From Phaeosaccion multiseriatum (Eukaryota; Protista; Ochrophyta, other classes), in contig OZ218965.1 in the NCBI GenBank assembly GCA_965112735.1, forward strand, positions 2,108,001-2,172,000: a stretch of 64,000 bases of DNA. Reading direction: 5' to 3'. Below the pieces are notes generated by a model, which searched no databases, had not been told where the DNA came from, and saw only the letters and a program-made list of their open reading frames with translations. Shown piece after piece: positions 1 through 13,700 of this stretch (position 1 is its first letter; each line of letters opens with the position of its first letter). A program made the position numbers and the translations under genes.

Positions 1-125
1 CGGAGGGTGGGCGTCAGTAGGCCGTTTCGGTTTCATTTTAGGGCACCGGTGCACTCACACCACATCCACCATATCTCCTGCATCCCCTGCCATCCCCTGC
101 CATCCACTGCCATCCCCCCGTCCAG

Positions 126-3100
126 CCGGGGTCCCCCCTGGGCCTGTTGTCCAAGGACGCTGTATCCCTGCGCAAGAGGGCGTCAGCGGCGTGCATCAAC
201 GCGGCCAAGGAGCTTGCTGACGTCATGCTCGAGGTGCTGCCCGCTCTCTGCAGCAAGGTAAGTCAGTGACTCAGTGACTCAGTGACTCAGTCATCAGGGG
301 AAGTGACTCAGTCATCAGGGGAGGGGGGATGGCAGCTCACGGGAGACAGGATGGCAGTTAATGGGACGGACGGACGGACGGACGGACAGACAGAACGTGC
401 TGCGTGCGTGCACAGTGAAGTCATTCGCCACATACACATACGTAATTGTTAGGATGATTCCTAAACGTCGATCAAACACCCCCCCCCCGCCCTCCTGCTC
501 ATGCTCCCTTCCCTTCCCTTCCTTCCTTCCTTCAGGTGCAGGAGCTTACCCTCCGTGGTGTGCTGAGCGAATCACAGAAGCAAAGTATGCACGAGATGCT
601 TGTGCTCAGCAGCAACGCGGCCCCTGACGTGCAGCAGAGGAGGAGCTTCGTGGAGGATGTGTTGAGTCAGTCTGTGGCCTTCTGGACCAGCCCAGATGTC
701 ACGCAGGTGAGAAGGAAGGGGGGGAGAGAGGGAGAGAGGGAGGGAGGGAGGGAGGGAGAGAGGGAGGGAGAGAGGGAGGGAGGGAGGGAGGGAGGGAGAG
801 TGAGGGAGGGACGGAGGGAGAGGGAGGGAGGGAGGGAGGGAGGGAGGGAGGGAGGGAGGGAGGGAGGGAGGGAGGGAGGGAGGGAGGGAGGGGAATGAGG
901 AGGGGGTTGAGGGCGTCGGTCCTGCCGGGGTCACAAAATGCACGCACGCACGCACGCACACACCCACACTCTGCTCCGGCCTGGTGAGCCTCCTTTGTGA
1001 GCATCCTCCTCGGCGAGAGCACGCAAACAATAGTACCGAGGGCTCTGATCCATATATGCCTGCCTGCCCATATGCCTGCCTACCAGACCTTGTCCACGCC
1101 GCAGGCCTTCCTGACCGCGCTGGGGGTTCCTCTTGGGATGGCAGCCAACGGGACCCCGCTTCCTCTCGACCCTACCGCGTCCGCTCGAGCGTCGCTCTTC
1201 TCTCAGGGGCTGCGCTCGGCTCTCAACACCTTCGCTTCTGTGGGCAAGCGTGTGGCGAGGGACCCCCGGATACGCATCACTGTACACGCAGAGGTAAGCA
1301 CGCTAGTTGGTCATGCACTGCCTCGTGTATGCCATACGAGGGGGGTGTAGGAGGGCAAAGGAACAAAGAATCAACACATGACCCTGTCCCTCCTTATCCC
1401 GATCCTCATGTAGCGTCATGTGGCGCCCCCCCCCCCTGCCCATACACCTACACCTCTACCCTGCTTTGCCCATACACCTCTCTTCCCTGCCCATACACCT
1501 CTGCCCTGTCCTGCCCTGCCCTTTTGCACCTCTGTGTCTCGTCGCTGCTGTACCTCCACCCACCTTTCTACCCACCTCTCCACCCACCCCTCCACTCACC
1601 CACCCACACACACTCACACACGCATCCACTGCAACTCACCCGTTGACTTGCTTCCCCTCCACCCCTCCACCCCTCCACTGCCATCGCCCCTTAACTTACT
1701 ACCTTTCCACCCACTAGTCGTCTCTGGCATGCCCGACCAGTGCCCAGCTGGAAGCGTGTGACGCCTTTTCCTCTGTGTGGCGCAGAGTGCTTCCGAACCT
1801 TCTGAGTCTCATCAGGGTGCTCCACCTGCTCTGGAGCCCGGACATTAGGGCGGGCCTGCTGCAACATCCAGTGGTGAGGGGTGGGGGGCAGTGGATGGCA
1901 GTGGATGGCAGTGGATGACATTCTGTGTCTTTTACTTGTCTTTTGCTTTCCCTCTTTTGCTGAGAAGTCTCCCCTCCCCTCTCCTCCCCTCTCCTCCCCT
2001 CTCTCCCTTCTCCCGTCCCCGTGCCCAGGCAAAGCTCGTGCTTGCCCTCCCCGAGGAAGAAGCGCGCGCCATCTGCGGTGTCGTTGCCGGCCCCAGGGGG
2101 GGCAAGGGGATGGCACCCGACGGGGGGGCAGGAGGGGCAGGGGGAGGGGCAAGGAACAACGGGGATGGGGATATGTTGGGAGGTGAGGAAAGAGCAGAGC
2201 AGTTGGTGATACATCTATCTGCTCTTTCGATCCACTGCCATCCTCGCCCTTCTCCTCTGGGCCTGCCCTCTGCGGGCGACTGAGTATGTCGAAGCGGACA
2301 CCCTCCTCCCCCCCCTTCTCTCTCACCCATATGCTCTGTGCCTCTTTTTGTCTGTTGTGTCTCTCGTCCCTGGTGGGCAGGGGGGGCGGATGACGGGGTC
2401 GACATCAGCCACAGGTCAGAGAGAGGGGGAGAGAGAGAGAGAGAGACGACAGGATGGCAGCCCATGGCATCGGCTCCCTGAGCTGAGCTGAGCTTCCTTG
2501 ACGATGTTCTTGTGGCCCCCTCTCTACCCTTGCGTGCCCATACACCTCTGCCCTGCCCGTCCCCTACCATCCCCTGCCATCCATCCATCCCCTTTGCCTC
2601 CTATATGCCTCTATCCAGATGGTGTGCATGGCTGAACGAGCTGCGCCACGTGTCTTATCAGCTGCTTGGCCTCTCTTGCTCCTCCTTTTGGCTCTTCTTC
2701 GCCTTCGACGGGCCTGCAATGGCCAAGTAAGTCAGTGGATGGGGGGGGGGGGGGGGGGGGATGGCAGCTGATGGAAGAGAGGGGAAAGCAGGACAGCAGC
2801 CTCATATTGCGCCCGCCCATACGCCTGCTGGGCCCATTATTGTGCCGTGTGCTGCCATCCCCCATCCCCCATCGCCCCCCCCCCTCCTCAGCCTGCTGCG
2901 TGAGAGCGTCCTGTGCTCGCTTGATCACATGGAGCACCGTCACGTGCCCACCTTTGTCAAGCACTTTGCAGAGGTCTACTTTGTGGGGTGTCCGACGCCA
3001 GTGAGTGGGTTGGTGGTACAGAAGGAGGGGGGAGGGGAGGGGAGGGGAGGGAGGGGGACGGAGGGAGGGAGGGGCAAAGGGGAAGAGGGAGGAAGAGAGG

Positions 3101-5296
3101 GAAGAGAGGAAGGAAGTGCGTGCGTCGGGCGCATGATCTCCCTTCCCTCCAAAGGAAAGAGTGCAGTGCAGTGCAGTGCTGTTGAGCTGTGCCGTTAAGG
3201 TGTTGTGTTGACGTGGTGCTGAGCAGCCTGGAAAGAGATCGTATCGTTCCCTTGACTCAAGCCTTCCCCCTTCCCTCCCCCCCCCCCCCCCCTCCCCCCC
3301 TCCCCCCCTCCAGCTCCATGCAACCCACTTGCCCCCCCTCGCAGTCCCCCTGTTCGTGCACTGCCTGCACCGCTGCAGCATGACGTGGCGCCCCCCCCTG
3401 CCCCCCCCCGCACCCTCTGAGGGCCCCTCCAGCGCTTACGATAGGGCCCTGTACTCGGTTTATGTGGAGGGGGGTGCCTTCTTTTGCGCCGAGCCGCTGG
3501 AGGGGGACCAGGTGAGAGGCATATGGGAAGAGGGAAGAGGGGTGCGAGGCGTGTTGGAAGGGGGGTGGGAGGTCTTTGATTGTTAGAAGAAAGAGAAGGA
3601 TTCCCATCCATCCACTGCCATCCGCACTCCCATCCATCCAGGGGCACACACTGCACTAACTGACTCACTCATCCGCTCACTCTTTCACTTTGACTCACTG
3701 ACTGGTCGCATGTCCCTCCACTGCCATCCCTGACTACTCACCTTCCGCCATCCATCCGTTGCCATCCTTGACTACGTCACTCACTCACTCACCGACTCAC
3801 TGACTTACTGACTTACTGACTTACTGACTCCTCAATTAGGTGGAGGTGATGGTGGACAATGTCAAGCGTAGCGCCACTCGAGCAGTGATGGAGCTGCTGC
3901 AAGACATCATGGGCCTCAGGGGCGAGCTCTGCGCGCCCGACGCGGCCAAGGGAGCAGGAGGGGGGGCAGGGGGGGCAGGGGGGGCAGCGGCGGGGGGGCA
4001 GAAGGAAGGAAGTGGAGGGGGCGCTGGCCTAGGGCTGTCCTCTCCTCCGCTGTCGCCGTCGCTGACCCCTGAGGAGGAGCTGCGTGTGGTGAGGGAGCGA
4101 CAGGGAAGAGCTCTGCAGGAGGCTCTATTGTTGCGCTGTGACGAGGCTTCGTATCCGATGCTCATGTTCGCGGTGGGGGGGATGACGTGGGCGGACTCTT
4201 ACACCGCGGTCCGGGCGACGATGGTCGCACAGAGGATGGTGGAGGTGAGGGGGAGGGGAGGGGCGGGGCGGTTACAGAAGAAGATGGTGGAGGGGAGGGG
4301 GAGGGGAGGAGCGGTTACAGAAGAAAATGGTGGAGGTGAGGGGGAGGGGAGGAGCGGCAAGGGGGAGGAGTAGCGGGGAGGAAGGGCGGTTACAGAAGAT
4401 GGTGGAGGGGATGGGATGGGAGGCTGAGGAAAAGCAGAGAAGGAACCCAACAGCTGAAGCCTCGACCTCTCTCTGCTCTGCTCTGCTTGCCTGCCTGCTT
4501 GTCGCTGTGTGCGGCTCCCCCCCCATCCATCCACTGCCATCCCCTCCCCCCCCCCACCCCCTCCTTAGCTGTGCTGGCGCATCCCCAAGTTCTCTCCCGT
4601 GCTCGGCTCCGACATGTTCTCAGCGGCTGTGGTGGGGCTGGTCACAGAGCCCAAGTGGCTCACAGGTGTAGAGTGGAGCCTTATGGGTCTGGTGAGTGAG
4701 TGGTTGGTTGGCAGGAAGGAGGGTGGAGGGGTGGGGGGGATGGCAGTGGATGGCCAGGCCAGAGCAGGGCAGGGTAGGGCAGAGCACCCTCGGCGTTTCG
4801 TCAAGCGAAGCGTCAAGCGGACTGTCAAGCGGACTGTCAAGCGGACTGTCAAGTGTCAAGCGGATGTCAAGCGGACCGTCCAGCGGACTGTCAAGCGGAC
4901 TGTCAAGCGGACTGTCAAGCGGGATTTTAGGCGACGCTCGCTAGAGAGGCCATGGAGGCAGTATGGCGGCCGTGAAGAGAGGATTGAGAGAATCTCTTTT
5001 GCCCATACTCCTCCGCCTCTTGCCTCTCGGCACTGCTTCTCTACGGGGCACTCACTGCTTCTCTCTTTGTGTGCACATATTGTGTGTGCGTGCGTGCGTG
5101 TGTGCGTGCGTGGCCTTCTCTCTCCTTCCGCGTGTCCCTCTCTCTCCTCCCAAGGTGCGGGACATTTACGTCAAGCTCGTGATTGGCGGCGACGCGGTGG
5201 ACCAACAGCAGCAGAGGGGCGTCCCAACTCCGATGAGTGACCTACCTCGCCACGTGCTGCTTGCCCTGCCCGCCGTACACCAGGACACCATCGGTG

Positions 5297-5364
<68 letters not shown>

Positions 5365-6250
5365 CGTGTGTGTGTATGTGTGTGTGGGTGGGTGTCTGTG
5401 TATATATGTGTGTATGTGCGTGCATGTGCGTGCATGTGCGTGCCTGTGTTGCTTGGCTGCGTGTCTGCGTGCAGCTTGGCGGGTGGGTTTTGGGGTGTGG
5501 GTTTTGGTGTGTGGGTGGGGTGTGAATGGGGTGGGGTGAGGTGGGGTGCCTCCCAGCGTGTCACTTGACGAGCCCTAACAGAGACAGAGACAAGACACAT
5601 GTGCATCGAGGGACTATGGCCACCTCAGCCCCCCTCTGTCAACCCCCCACCCTGACTGCCCTTCCTCCGGCCCTTCCTGTCCTCCATCACCTCAGTGACT
5701 TTGGAGGAGAAGCTAAAGCTGCACGCCGGTGTGAAGGAGCAGAAGGACGCCCTCCGAGACGTGCTGCGCCTTGCAGCAGAGCACAGCACTGAAGAGCACA
5801 AGGGCAAGGCAGAGGGGAGCATCTTCGCGACCAAGAGCGGCAAGGTCGGTGACTGAGGAGGAGGAAGGGGAGGAGGAGGGAGGAGGAGGAGGAGGAGAAG
5901 GAGGAGGAGGAGGAGGAGGAGGAGGAGGAGGAGGAGGAGAAGGAGGAGGAGGAGGAGGAGGAGGAGGAGGAGGAGGAGGAGGAGGAGGAGGAGGAGGAGG
6001 AGGAGGAGGAGGAGGAGGAGACTGTGCCCTGAGTACAGTGAGTGACATAGTGAGTGTGCAATGAGTGGGGGTGACAGTCGAGGCTTTGCGCTCTCAGCTG
6101 ATTGGCAAACTGTCTGTGTGGCCCGGGAGGGGGGGGGAGGGGAGGAGGGGAGGAGGGGAGGGGGGGAAGAGGGGAGGAGGGGAAGAGAGTACGGTGGCTC
6201 TGATGTGGCGACTCGAGCGTTTGCAACGAAGGTCGATGTCCGCTTTCCGG

Positions 6251-6310
<60 letters not shown>

Positions 6311-6487
6311 TCACACACACACACTCACACACACACTCACACACACGCATACTTGCCTTCCTTGACTTACTCCCCTCAGGCGATGCCGATCTTGTCTGAG
6401 AAGCTCCTCTTGTCGAGTGCGAGGCTGCACAAAGAGCATGGGGCACAGGATGAGGTCATCAACATTGCTTCCTTCTTCGAGTCGTGA
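126..6487 (+). CDS. XPO5: Exportin-5 / HASTY-like karyopherin, C-terminal part (multi-exon; 5' end lies upstream of the window)
   Basis: GT-AG exons (e.g. 126-257, 536-706, 1087-1292, ~1718-1873, ~2619-2726, ~2892-3000, 3840-4243, 5155-5293, 6380-6487) encode segments such as VLSESQKQSMHEMLVLSSN..QRRSFVEDVL, VLPNLLSLIRVLHLLWSP, WLNELRHVSYQLLG and LDHMEHRHV..FV..CP, which match remembered XPO5/HASTY motifs. Stop TGA at 6485-6487. Confidence 0.85.
4800..4923. repeat. Intronic 12-bp tandem repeat (GTCAAGCGGACT), about 11 units
   Basis: Direct reading; it produces the spurious 'VKRTVKRT' and 'SSGLSSGL' ORFs. Confidence 0.95.
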
Positions 6488-6994
6488 GGAGGGAGGGGAG
6501 GGAAGGGAAGGGGAGGGGAGGGAAGGGGAGGGACGGCAGCAAGGAGGAAGGGTGAGCGGTGGGGGGGGCTGCTGCTGTTTGGTTGGGGGGGGGGGGGGAC
6601 ACGTGCTCTTAGTTGGGTGGACAAGAGAGGGGGGGGGTGGGCACTGCTCGATTCAGTGTCTTGTGTGTCACCACAGAGGGGGAGCGGGCCAACAGAGGGG
6701 CCAGCAGAGGGGCCGACAGGGGCCAGCAGAGGGGCATACAGGGGTTGTGGCTGGGGCAGGCAGGCATATGGGCAGGCAGGCATATGGGCAGACGACATCC
6801 CGTCCATGTACATACTTACATATATACGTAGTTATATAAGGGAGGGGCGGAGGAAACATGGGCCAGGAGGTGTGATGAAATTCGATGGAATAGTGGGGCT
6901 CGACTCGACACTACTCAGGGAGTCGAGGGAGGCATCGAGATTTTGGTTAAAATCGATCGATATTGGTCAAGGGCAGGGGCAGTTTATATAATAT

Positions 6995-9900
6995 TCAGAC
7001 TGTCTTTCTGAACTTGGCTATAGTCTTGCCGAGCCTCCCCCCCCCTGTGGTGGCCTTGGCTTTCTCTTCGCTGCCGCCGTGGAGACGGGCCTCCTCGAGG
7101 GCCTTGAGGCGGGCATCTTCCTCCTTGCGCCACCGCTCCTAATGAATCACGATGGAAGGGCAGGTAGAAAGGCATATGGACAGGTAGAAAGGCATATGGA
7201 CAGGTAGAAAGGCATATGGAAAGGTAGAAAGGCATATGGACAGGTAGAAAGGCATATGGACATACAGGGGATCAGGGACTCGACTCTATGCAAAATACAT
7301 TCACTCACTCACTCACCCACCCACCCACCCACCCACCCTCTCACTCACTTACTCACTTCACTCACTTACTCACTCACTCACTCACTCACTCACTCTCTCA
7401 CTCACTCACTCACTCACTCACTCACTCACTCACTCACTCACTCACTCACTTACTCACTCACTCACTCACTCACTCACCCACCCACCCACCCACTCACTCA
7501 CTCACTCACTCACTCACTCACTCACTCACTCACTCACTCACTCACTCACTCACTCACTCACTCACTCACTCACTCACTCACTCACTCACTCACCTCAAAC
7601 TCTCGCACCACGGCGAGGGGCTGTTTGGGTAGCTTATATGGGCTTGGTCGGGTGGTGAAGGCAAGCTCCCCCCCCTCCTCCTTGCCCTCCTTCTCCTCCC
7701 AATCGCAGTCAAGACCATTACCGTACACCTCTCCGAGGGGGGCCAGCAGCACCTGCTTCAACGTCCTCGCCGCCCTCTCCTCCGCCCGCTCGTCCTCCTC
7801 TTGCTCCTCCTCCCCCCCCTTCTCCCCCTCCTCTCCGTCTCCCCTCCCCCCCAGCTGCCCCTGCGACTGCGTGTGAGCGTGCCCCTGCCCCTTCCCTTTG
7901 CCACGCCCCTGCTTGCGCTGCTTGCCCTGCTTGCGCTGCTTGACCCTCCGCCTGGCGGGACTGAGAGGGCGGGGTCTCCTCGTTCTAAGCATCCACGCGC
8001 TGCCGTAGTCTCCGTGCCGCACCTTTGTGGTGTTACAAGCAAGTCATAGTAAGTCAGTAAGCCATAGTAAGTCAGTAACTCAGTAGGCATAGAGGAAAAG
8101 TTTGCTAGTAAGTACGCAAGCCATAGTAAGTCAGTAAGCCATAGTAGTCAGTAAAGAGTACCTGCAGCCAGTCTCCGGCGGTGGCGTAGCCTACTATGGC
8201 GTCCTCACAGCCCAGAGTGCCGATGACTGACGCGTCCGCTCGAGGCTCACAGCGGACCTGTTGGTGGTACGAAGGGAGGGAGGGAGGGAGGGAGGGGGAT
8301 TGGCTGTGCGGCTGGGAGGGCACACCCTGCCTCCGTCTCTGCCTCTGCCTCTGCCTCTACCTCACATTCGCGCTGTGTGTGTGTATGTGTGTGTAATGTG
8401 TATGTGTAGTCGGTAGCCCTCTTGATCTTTGGCATGTGCCCAACCTTCCCTCCCATCCCATATGCCTCTAAGCTGCCCTACCCATGTACCTCCATCTACC
8501 CTTCCTTACCTTGAGTCTGGCCCCCACGGAAGTCTTTCCTCCGCCTGGCAGCCCTTCCACGGCGAGACAGAAGGGTAGCGGCTGCGGCAAGCGATGTACA
8601 TGAGGAGAAAACTTGGCGGTTCCTGCAAGGAGCAGCGGGGGCTCCTCCTCCGGTAACCGTCCCCGAATCTGCAGATAGCGCTTTCGGAGGCCCTGCAGCT
8701 TGTCGTGAGCAGTTTCTGCGGTGGCGGAGGCCTCCTCCGAGGGGAGGGCCATACGCTGCAGCAGAGGAGGTGGCTTGTGAAGGGAGTGGAGGGAGGAGAG
8801 GGATTGGAGGGATGCAAGTGATGATAGGGACATGCCACCGAGTGCTTGTGGGGGGGGGAGGGAGAAGTCGGTGTACTGCATCCACACGTTGCGGTATTCC
8901 TCAAAATCGACCTGAGAGAGTTGGTGATACGCAGGGAGGGAGGGAGGGAGGGAAGGGGTGGGGGTTAGTGAAGGCTCCTTCGAGGCAGGCGCACGAAGAG
9001 AGAGTGGCAGTGACGATAGCGAACGAAGGAGGAGAGAAGCATATGGGCAGAAGCTCAGCTCAAGACCGGATATCGTTGTTCGATATCGATGTGCACACGT
9101 TCCTCCTATGCCTCATATGCCCCTATTCAACACCATCCTCTGCCATCTACTACCATCCCCTGCCATCCCCTGCCATCCCCTGTCATCCCCTGTCCCCTCC
9201 ACTGCCATCCCCTGCCCTCCCCCCGCTCACCATGATCCATTGGGATGTCCCGAGGGGGCCCTCCTGCACCTCAAGCCGCAGCCCAAGCACAAGCATGTCG
9301 TACTTCAATGTCCCGAGGGGGCGAGAGAGGGTGTCCGGCTCGGCGTACACAGGCACTTCCGTCTCCTGGTCGGCCCCCCGGGGGATCTGCGGAGGCGGGA
9401 GCGTAGGTGGGCAGGGAAGCGGAGGTGGAAAAGGGGGGGGGGAGGAGAGAGGGAGAGAGATGGAAGGGAAGAGAGACAGCGCAAGCAGATATATATCGAG
9501 ATTAATATCGACATCGAGATCGAGATCAATATCGACATCGAGATCGAGATCGAGATCGAGATAGACTTCGAGATAGATATCGAGATAGAGATGGAGATAG
9601 AGAGAGGAGAGCTTCCCTACCAACCCCTGTACCAGAAGCCCTTCCTTTGTCACCCTCACCTGGTAGTAATCCGGGAAGGTGGTCTCCCTCATGGTCCTTC
9701 GTGCAAGCGCCAACAGTCCGGCGTGCTCGTCGAGGCGCTGCTGCACAGCGGCGCTTTGCTCGTGAGTGAGATGACGGGCCGAGTCCTCGAGGTGTCGTTC
9801 TAAGAGGAGCTTGCTGGGGAAGGACAAGGAGCCTGGGGGGGGGTGGGCGGAAGTAGGATGGTGAGGTTGGTAGGAGGGAAGAGACGGGAGGGAGGGGAGC

Positions 9901-10685
9901 CGCAACACTATCGACTGACACTCAAACTGAAATGGAGCAGGATGATACCCAATTCAGCACCCAATTCAGCACCCCATTCAGCACCCAATTGATTCCCTCA
10001 CCTCCCCCACCCTCGCAGCCCGGCTCGAAGCAGCGGCGGTCAGGGCAGGAGAAGCGCGGGGGGCGTGTGCTGCGGAAGAGGGCCGTGGATTCGACTCGGG
10101 CAAGGCGCTCAGTCGTCGCCAGGATCACTCGGAGGGCCCTATCGTAGGCAATGAGGCACAGAGGGGGGGGGGAGCGAGGGTGTCATCCGCCGCACGGAAG
10201 AGGAGAGGAGAGGAGAAGAGAAGGGAGGGGTGGAGGGGACGGAGGAGAGGAGAGGAGGGGAGAGGAGAGGAGAGGAGAGGAGAAGAGAGGAGAGGAGAGA
10301 GGAGAGAGGAGAGAGGAGAGAAGAGGAGAGGAGAAAGAAGAGGAGAGGTAAGGAGAGGAGAGGAGAGGAGAACCATGCTTGTCTGTCTGGTGACCGCCTT
10401 CCCCCCTCTTCACCTCTCTCTCTGGGCACTCCCGTCCTTCTCCCTTCTGGCCTGAGCTTTCTTAAGCCTCCGCCGCTGCCGCCAGTTGGGGGTATGAGAC
10501 GCCCCCCCCCCCCCGTGTGAGTGATGTGTGTGTGTGTGTGTGTTGGGGTGGAAGAGCTCTTTGCGGTACCACCTCCACAGCGCCTGGGAGGGGGCAGGGG
10601 GGGGGCAGAGGGGGGGAAGGGGAGGGATCCCAGTGTCAGGCTCCATTTCTCTCTCTCTCTCACAGACACACAGACACACAGACAC

Positions 10686-10723
<38 letters not shown>

Positions 10724-13700
10724 CCATGGAGATGATCGGTGCTCCGTCATGGAACCTTGTGATGGGCTTGAAAGGCTTAAAAGGGGAGGAGGAGTAGGCC
10801 TTTTCGGCCGTCTGTTCATTTCCAGGGGGGGGTGATTCCGTGGGGGGGGGGGGGGAGAGTTCCGTGGGGGGCGGAGGGAGGGCTCAGTGAGGGTGAGCAG
10901 GTGAGTGAGCTCCTTCTCGGGAACCCTGCTGTCGAACCAGTGACCCCCCCTTAAACCCCCCCCCCCCCCCGACCCCAACCCTAAAAAGGCAACATCAAGC
11001 GCGGTCCTACGTACCCCCTTACGTACACCCTTACGTACCCCCCTTACGTACTCCCCTTACGTACACCCTTACGTACCCCCCTTACGTACACCCTTACGTA
11101 CACCCTTACGTACCCCCCTGACGTACCCCCCTTACGTACCCCTTCGGTCTCCTGCCTCCTCCTCTCCGCCTCCTCCTTGCGCATCGCTACGGTGTCCTGC
11201 ACGAGTCTCTCCTTCAGAGCCTCCATCTTCGGCGAGGAGGAAGGGCCCGGAAGGGGCAGCAAGGGGGCGGGGGCTCCTTTCACCGTGGGGGACGAGGAGG
11301 GGGGCGAGGAGGAGGAGGAGGAGGAGGAAAAAGTCGTCGAGGCGTGTGTGGTGCCGCCGAAGGTGGAGCGCGCCTTGCTCTCTTTGCTCTCTTTGCCCTT
11401 GTCCTTGTCCTTGGCCTTGCTCTCCAGCCTGAGGAGGGGTGGCCGGAGCGGTGCTTGGAAAACGAGGCCGGAGCTGCTGCCACTCTCCCTCCCCCCCGCC
11501 CCCCCTCCCTGCTGCTGCTCCTCCTCCACGCCACCCCCCTCGCCGCCTTCGGACGGAGCATCCTCGCCCCCTCGGGACACCTTCCCCCCCCGGGGCGGGG
11601 TAGGCGTAGGGGCTGGCAATGCCTCCAGTGCGAGAGGAAGCATGAGCTTGAGGAGGAGGAGGGGGAGCTCGTGGGCTGCCATCTCTCCGCGCCCCTCGGG
11701 ATCAAGCTCGTCGAAGGCCTCCAATAGGCGAGGACGCTCCTTCGCCATCTGGGGGGAGGCATACGAGAGGCATACGAGAGGCATACGAGAGGCATACGAG
11801 AGGCATACGAGAGGCATACGAAAGGCATACGAGAGGCATACGAGAGGCATATGAGAGGCATACGAAAGGCATACGAGAGGCATATGAGAGGTATACGAGA
11901 GGCATACGAGAGGCCTACGAGAGGCATATGAGAGGCATATGAGAAACATACGGCATGCGTCAGGCAAGGCAGCGAACACTCTCTCACGGACACGCTCGCT
12001 CCTCAGGGGAGGAGAAGACGTCAAGCTCAAACACGTACACACACCCTCTCGAATGCCTCTCGTGTGCCTCTTTCACAACCCTCACTCATTCACTCACTCA
12101 CTCACTCACTCACTCACTCACTCACCCACTCCATCTTCTGCTGCATGTAGTCCCTCCTCTGCCTCCTTACTCGCTCCCTCTTCTCCGCCGCCTTGGCCTC
12201 CAAATGCTCCTTCTCCTCCATGTCCCCAAGTCGCAGCGTCCCCCCGGTGCCAGTGCTGCCCCCCCCGCCCCCCTCCTCCACCCCCTCCCCCTCGCCCTCC
12301 CCCTCTCCCTCCCCCTCGCTGTCGTCCCCCGATAGAAGAGCCATAGACGAGGGCAGACTGTCTGCGAGAGTGCCGACATCTCCATGCATCAGCACTGAGT
12401 ACGCCGCCAAGCTGCCCTCCTCATCACCTGCATCTCCTTCATCTCCTTCATCTCCCTCCACCGCCCCCCCCTGTGATTCGATACCTTCAACCTCAACCCC
12501 AATGCCCCTCTCCTTCTTCCACGCGGCAAGCTTCTCCTTCTCCTTCTGCTCCTTCATCTTCACCTTCTCCTTCTCCCTCCTAATCCTCTCCCCCTCCCTC
12601 CTCTTGCGCTCCTCCTCCAAAGCCTCCAGGTCTTTCCTCACCTCCCTCGCGAGCGTTTCATCATGTGCCCTTTCGACTGCCCGGATGAAACCGTCCCCCT
12701 CTTCTGTCATAAGGTACCTTCTCATCTCCTCCAGCTTTCTCCTCGCCGCCGCGTCTGCCTTCCTCCTCTCGTCCCTTGCTCTCTTCTTCTCCGCTCGCTG
12801 GGCACTACGCTCTTCTTTGGCCTCCACGTCCGCGATACAGGCGGGAAGCTGAGAGGAGTGAGAGGATGGATGGCAGTGGATGGCAGTGGATGGAGGGGAT
12901 GGATGGCAGTGGATGGAGGGGATGGAAGGCAGTGGAGGGAGGGGATGGATGGCAGTGGATGGATGGCAGTGGATGGCAGTGGAGGGAGGGGATGGATGGC
13001 AGTGGATGGAGGGGATGAATGGCAGTGGATGGAGGGGATGGAAGGCAGTGGATGGAGGGGATGGAAGGCAGTGGATGGAGGGGATGAATGGCAGTGGAGG
13101 GAGGGGATGGATGGCAGTGGAGGGAGGGGATGGAAGGCAGTGGATGGAGGGGATGGATGGCAATGGATGAAGGGGATGGATGGCAGTGGATGGAGGGGAT
13201 GGAAGGCAGTGGATGGAGGGGATGGAAGGCAGTGGAGGGAGGGGATGAATGGCAGTGGATGGAGGGGATGAATGGCAGTGGATGGAGGGGATGGATGACA
13301 GTGGATGGAGGGGATGGATGACAGTGGATGGAGGGGATGGATGGCAGTGGATGGAAGGCAGTGGATGGAGGGGATGGATGGCAGTGGATGGAAGGCAGTG
13401 GAGGGAGGGGATGGAGGGGATGGAAGGCAGTGGAGGGAGGGGATGGAAGGCAGTGGAGGAGCAGTTGTCGAAGTGTTGGGCCAGAGCATCGAGCGAAGCA
13501 AAGTGAGGCGAAATAAAACACAGCGAAGCATTGCTTGTGTCAAGGCCGCTCCCTAGGCTTGCAACACACACGCTGGTGATACAGTGCGGGGGCTGACACA
13601 CCTTAACCCTTCTCCTCCTCCCTGCTGTATTGAAATTCAAACTCACCGGTGCCTTCCTCCACTTCCGACTCAAGTTCCAAACTCCATCCTCTCTTGGCCC

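Noticed and set aside
7256-7876. THSL-, PPSL- and CVCV-type repeat ORFs throughout the window
   Set aside because: Microsatellite translations ((CACT)n, (CCCT)n, (TG)n). Unlike the His-Cys3 array at 59878-61071, they repeat at the DNA level with no codon-level divergence.
8515-8575. Walker-A-like GLPGGGKT in the giant gene
   Set aside because: It runs directly into the SH3b-like strand, with no Walker B or rest of an NTPase fold visible; probably incidental.
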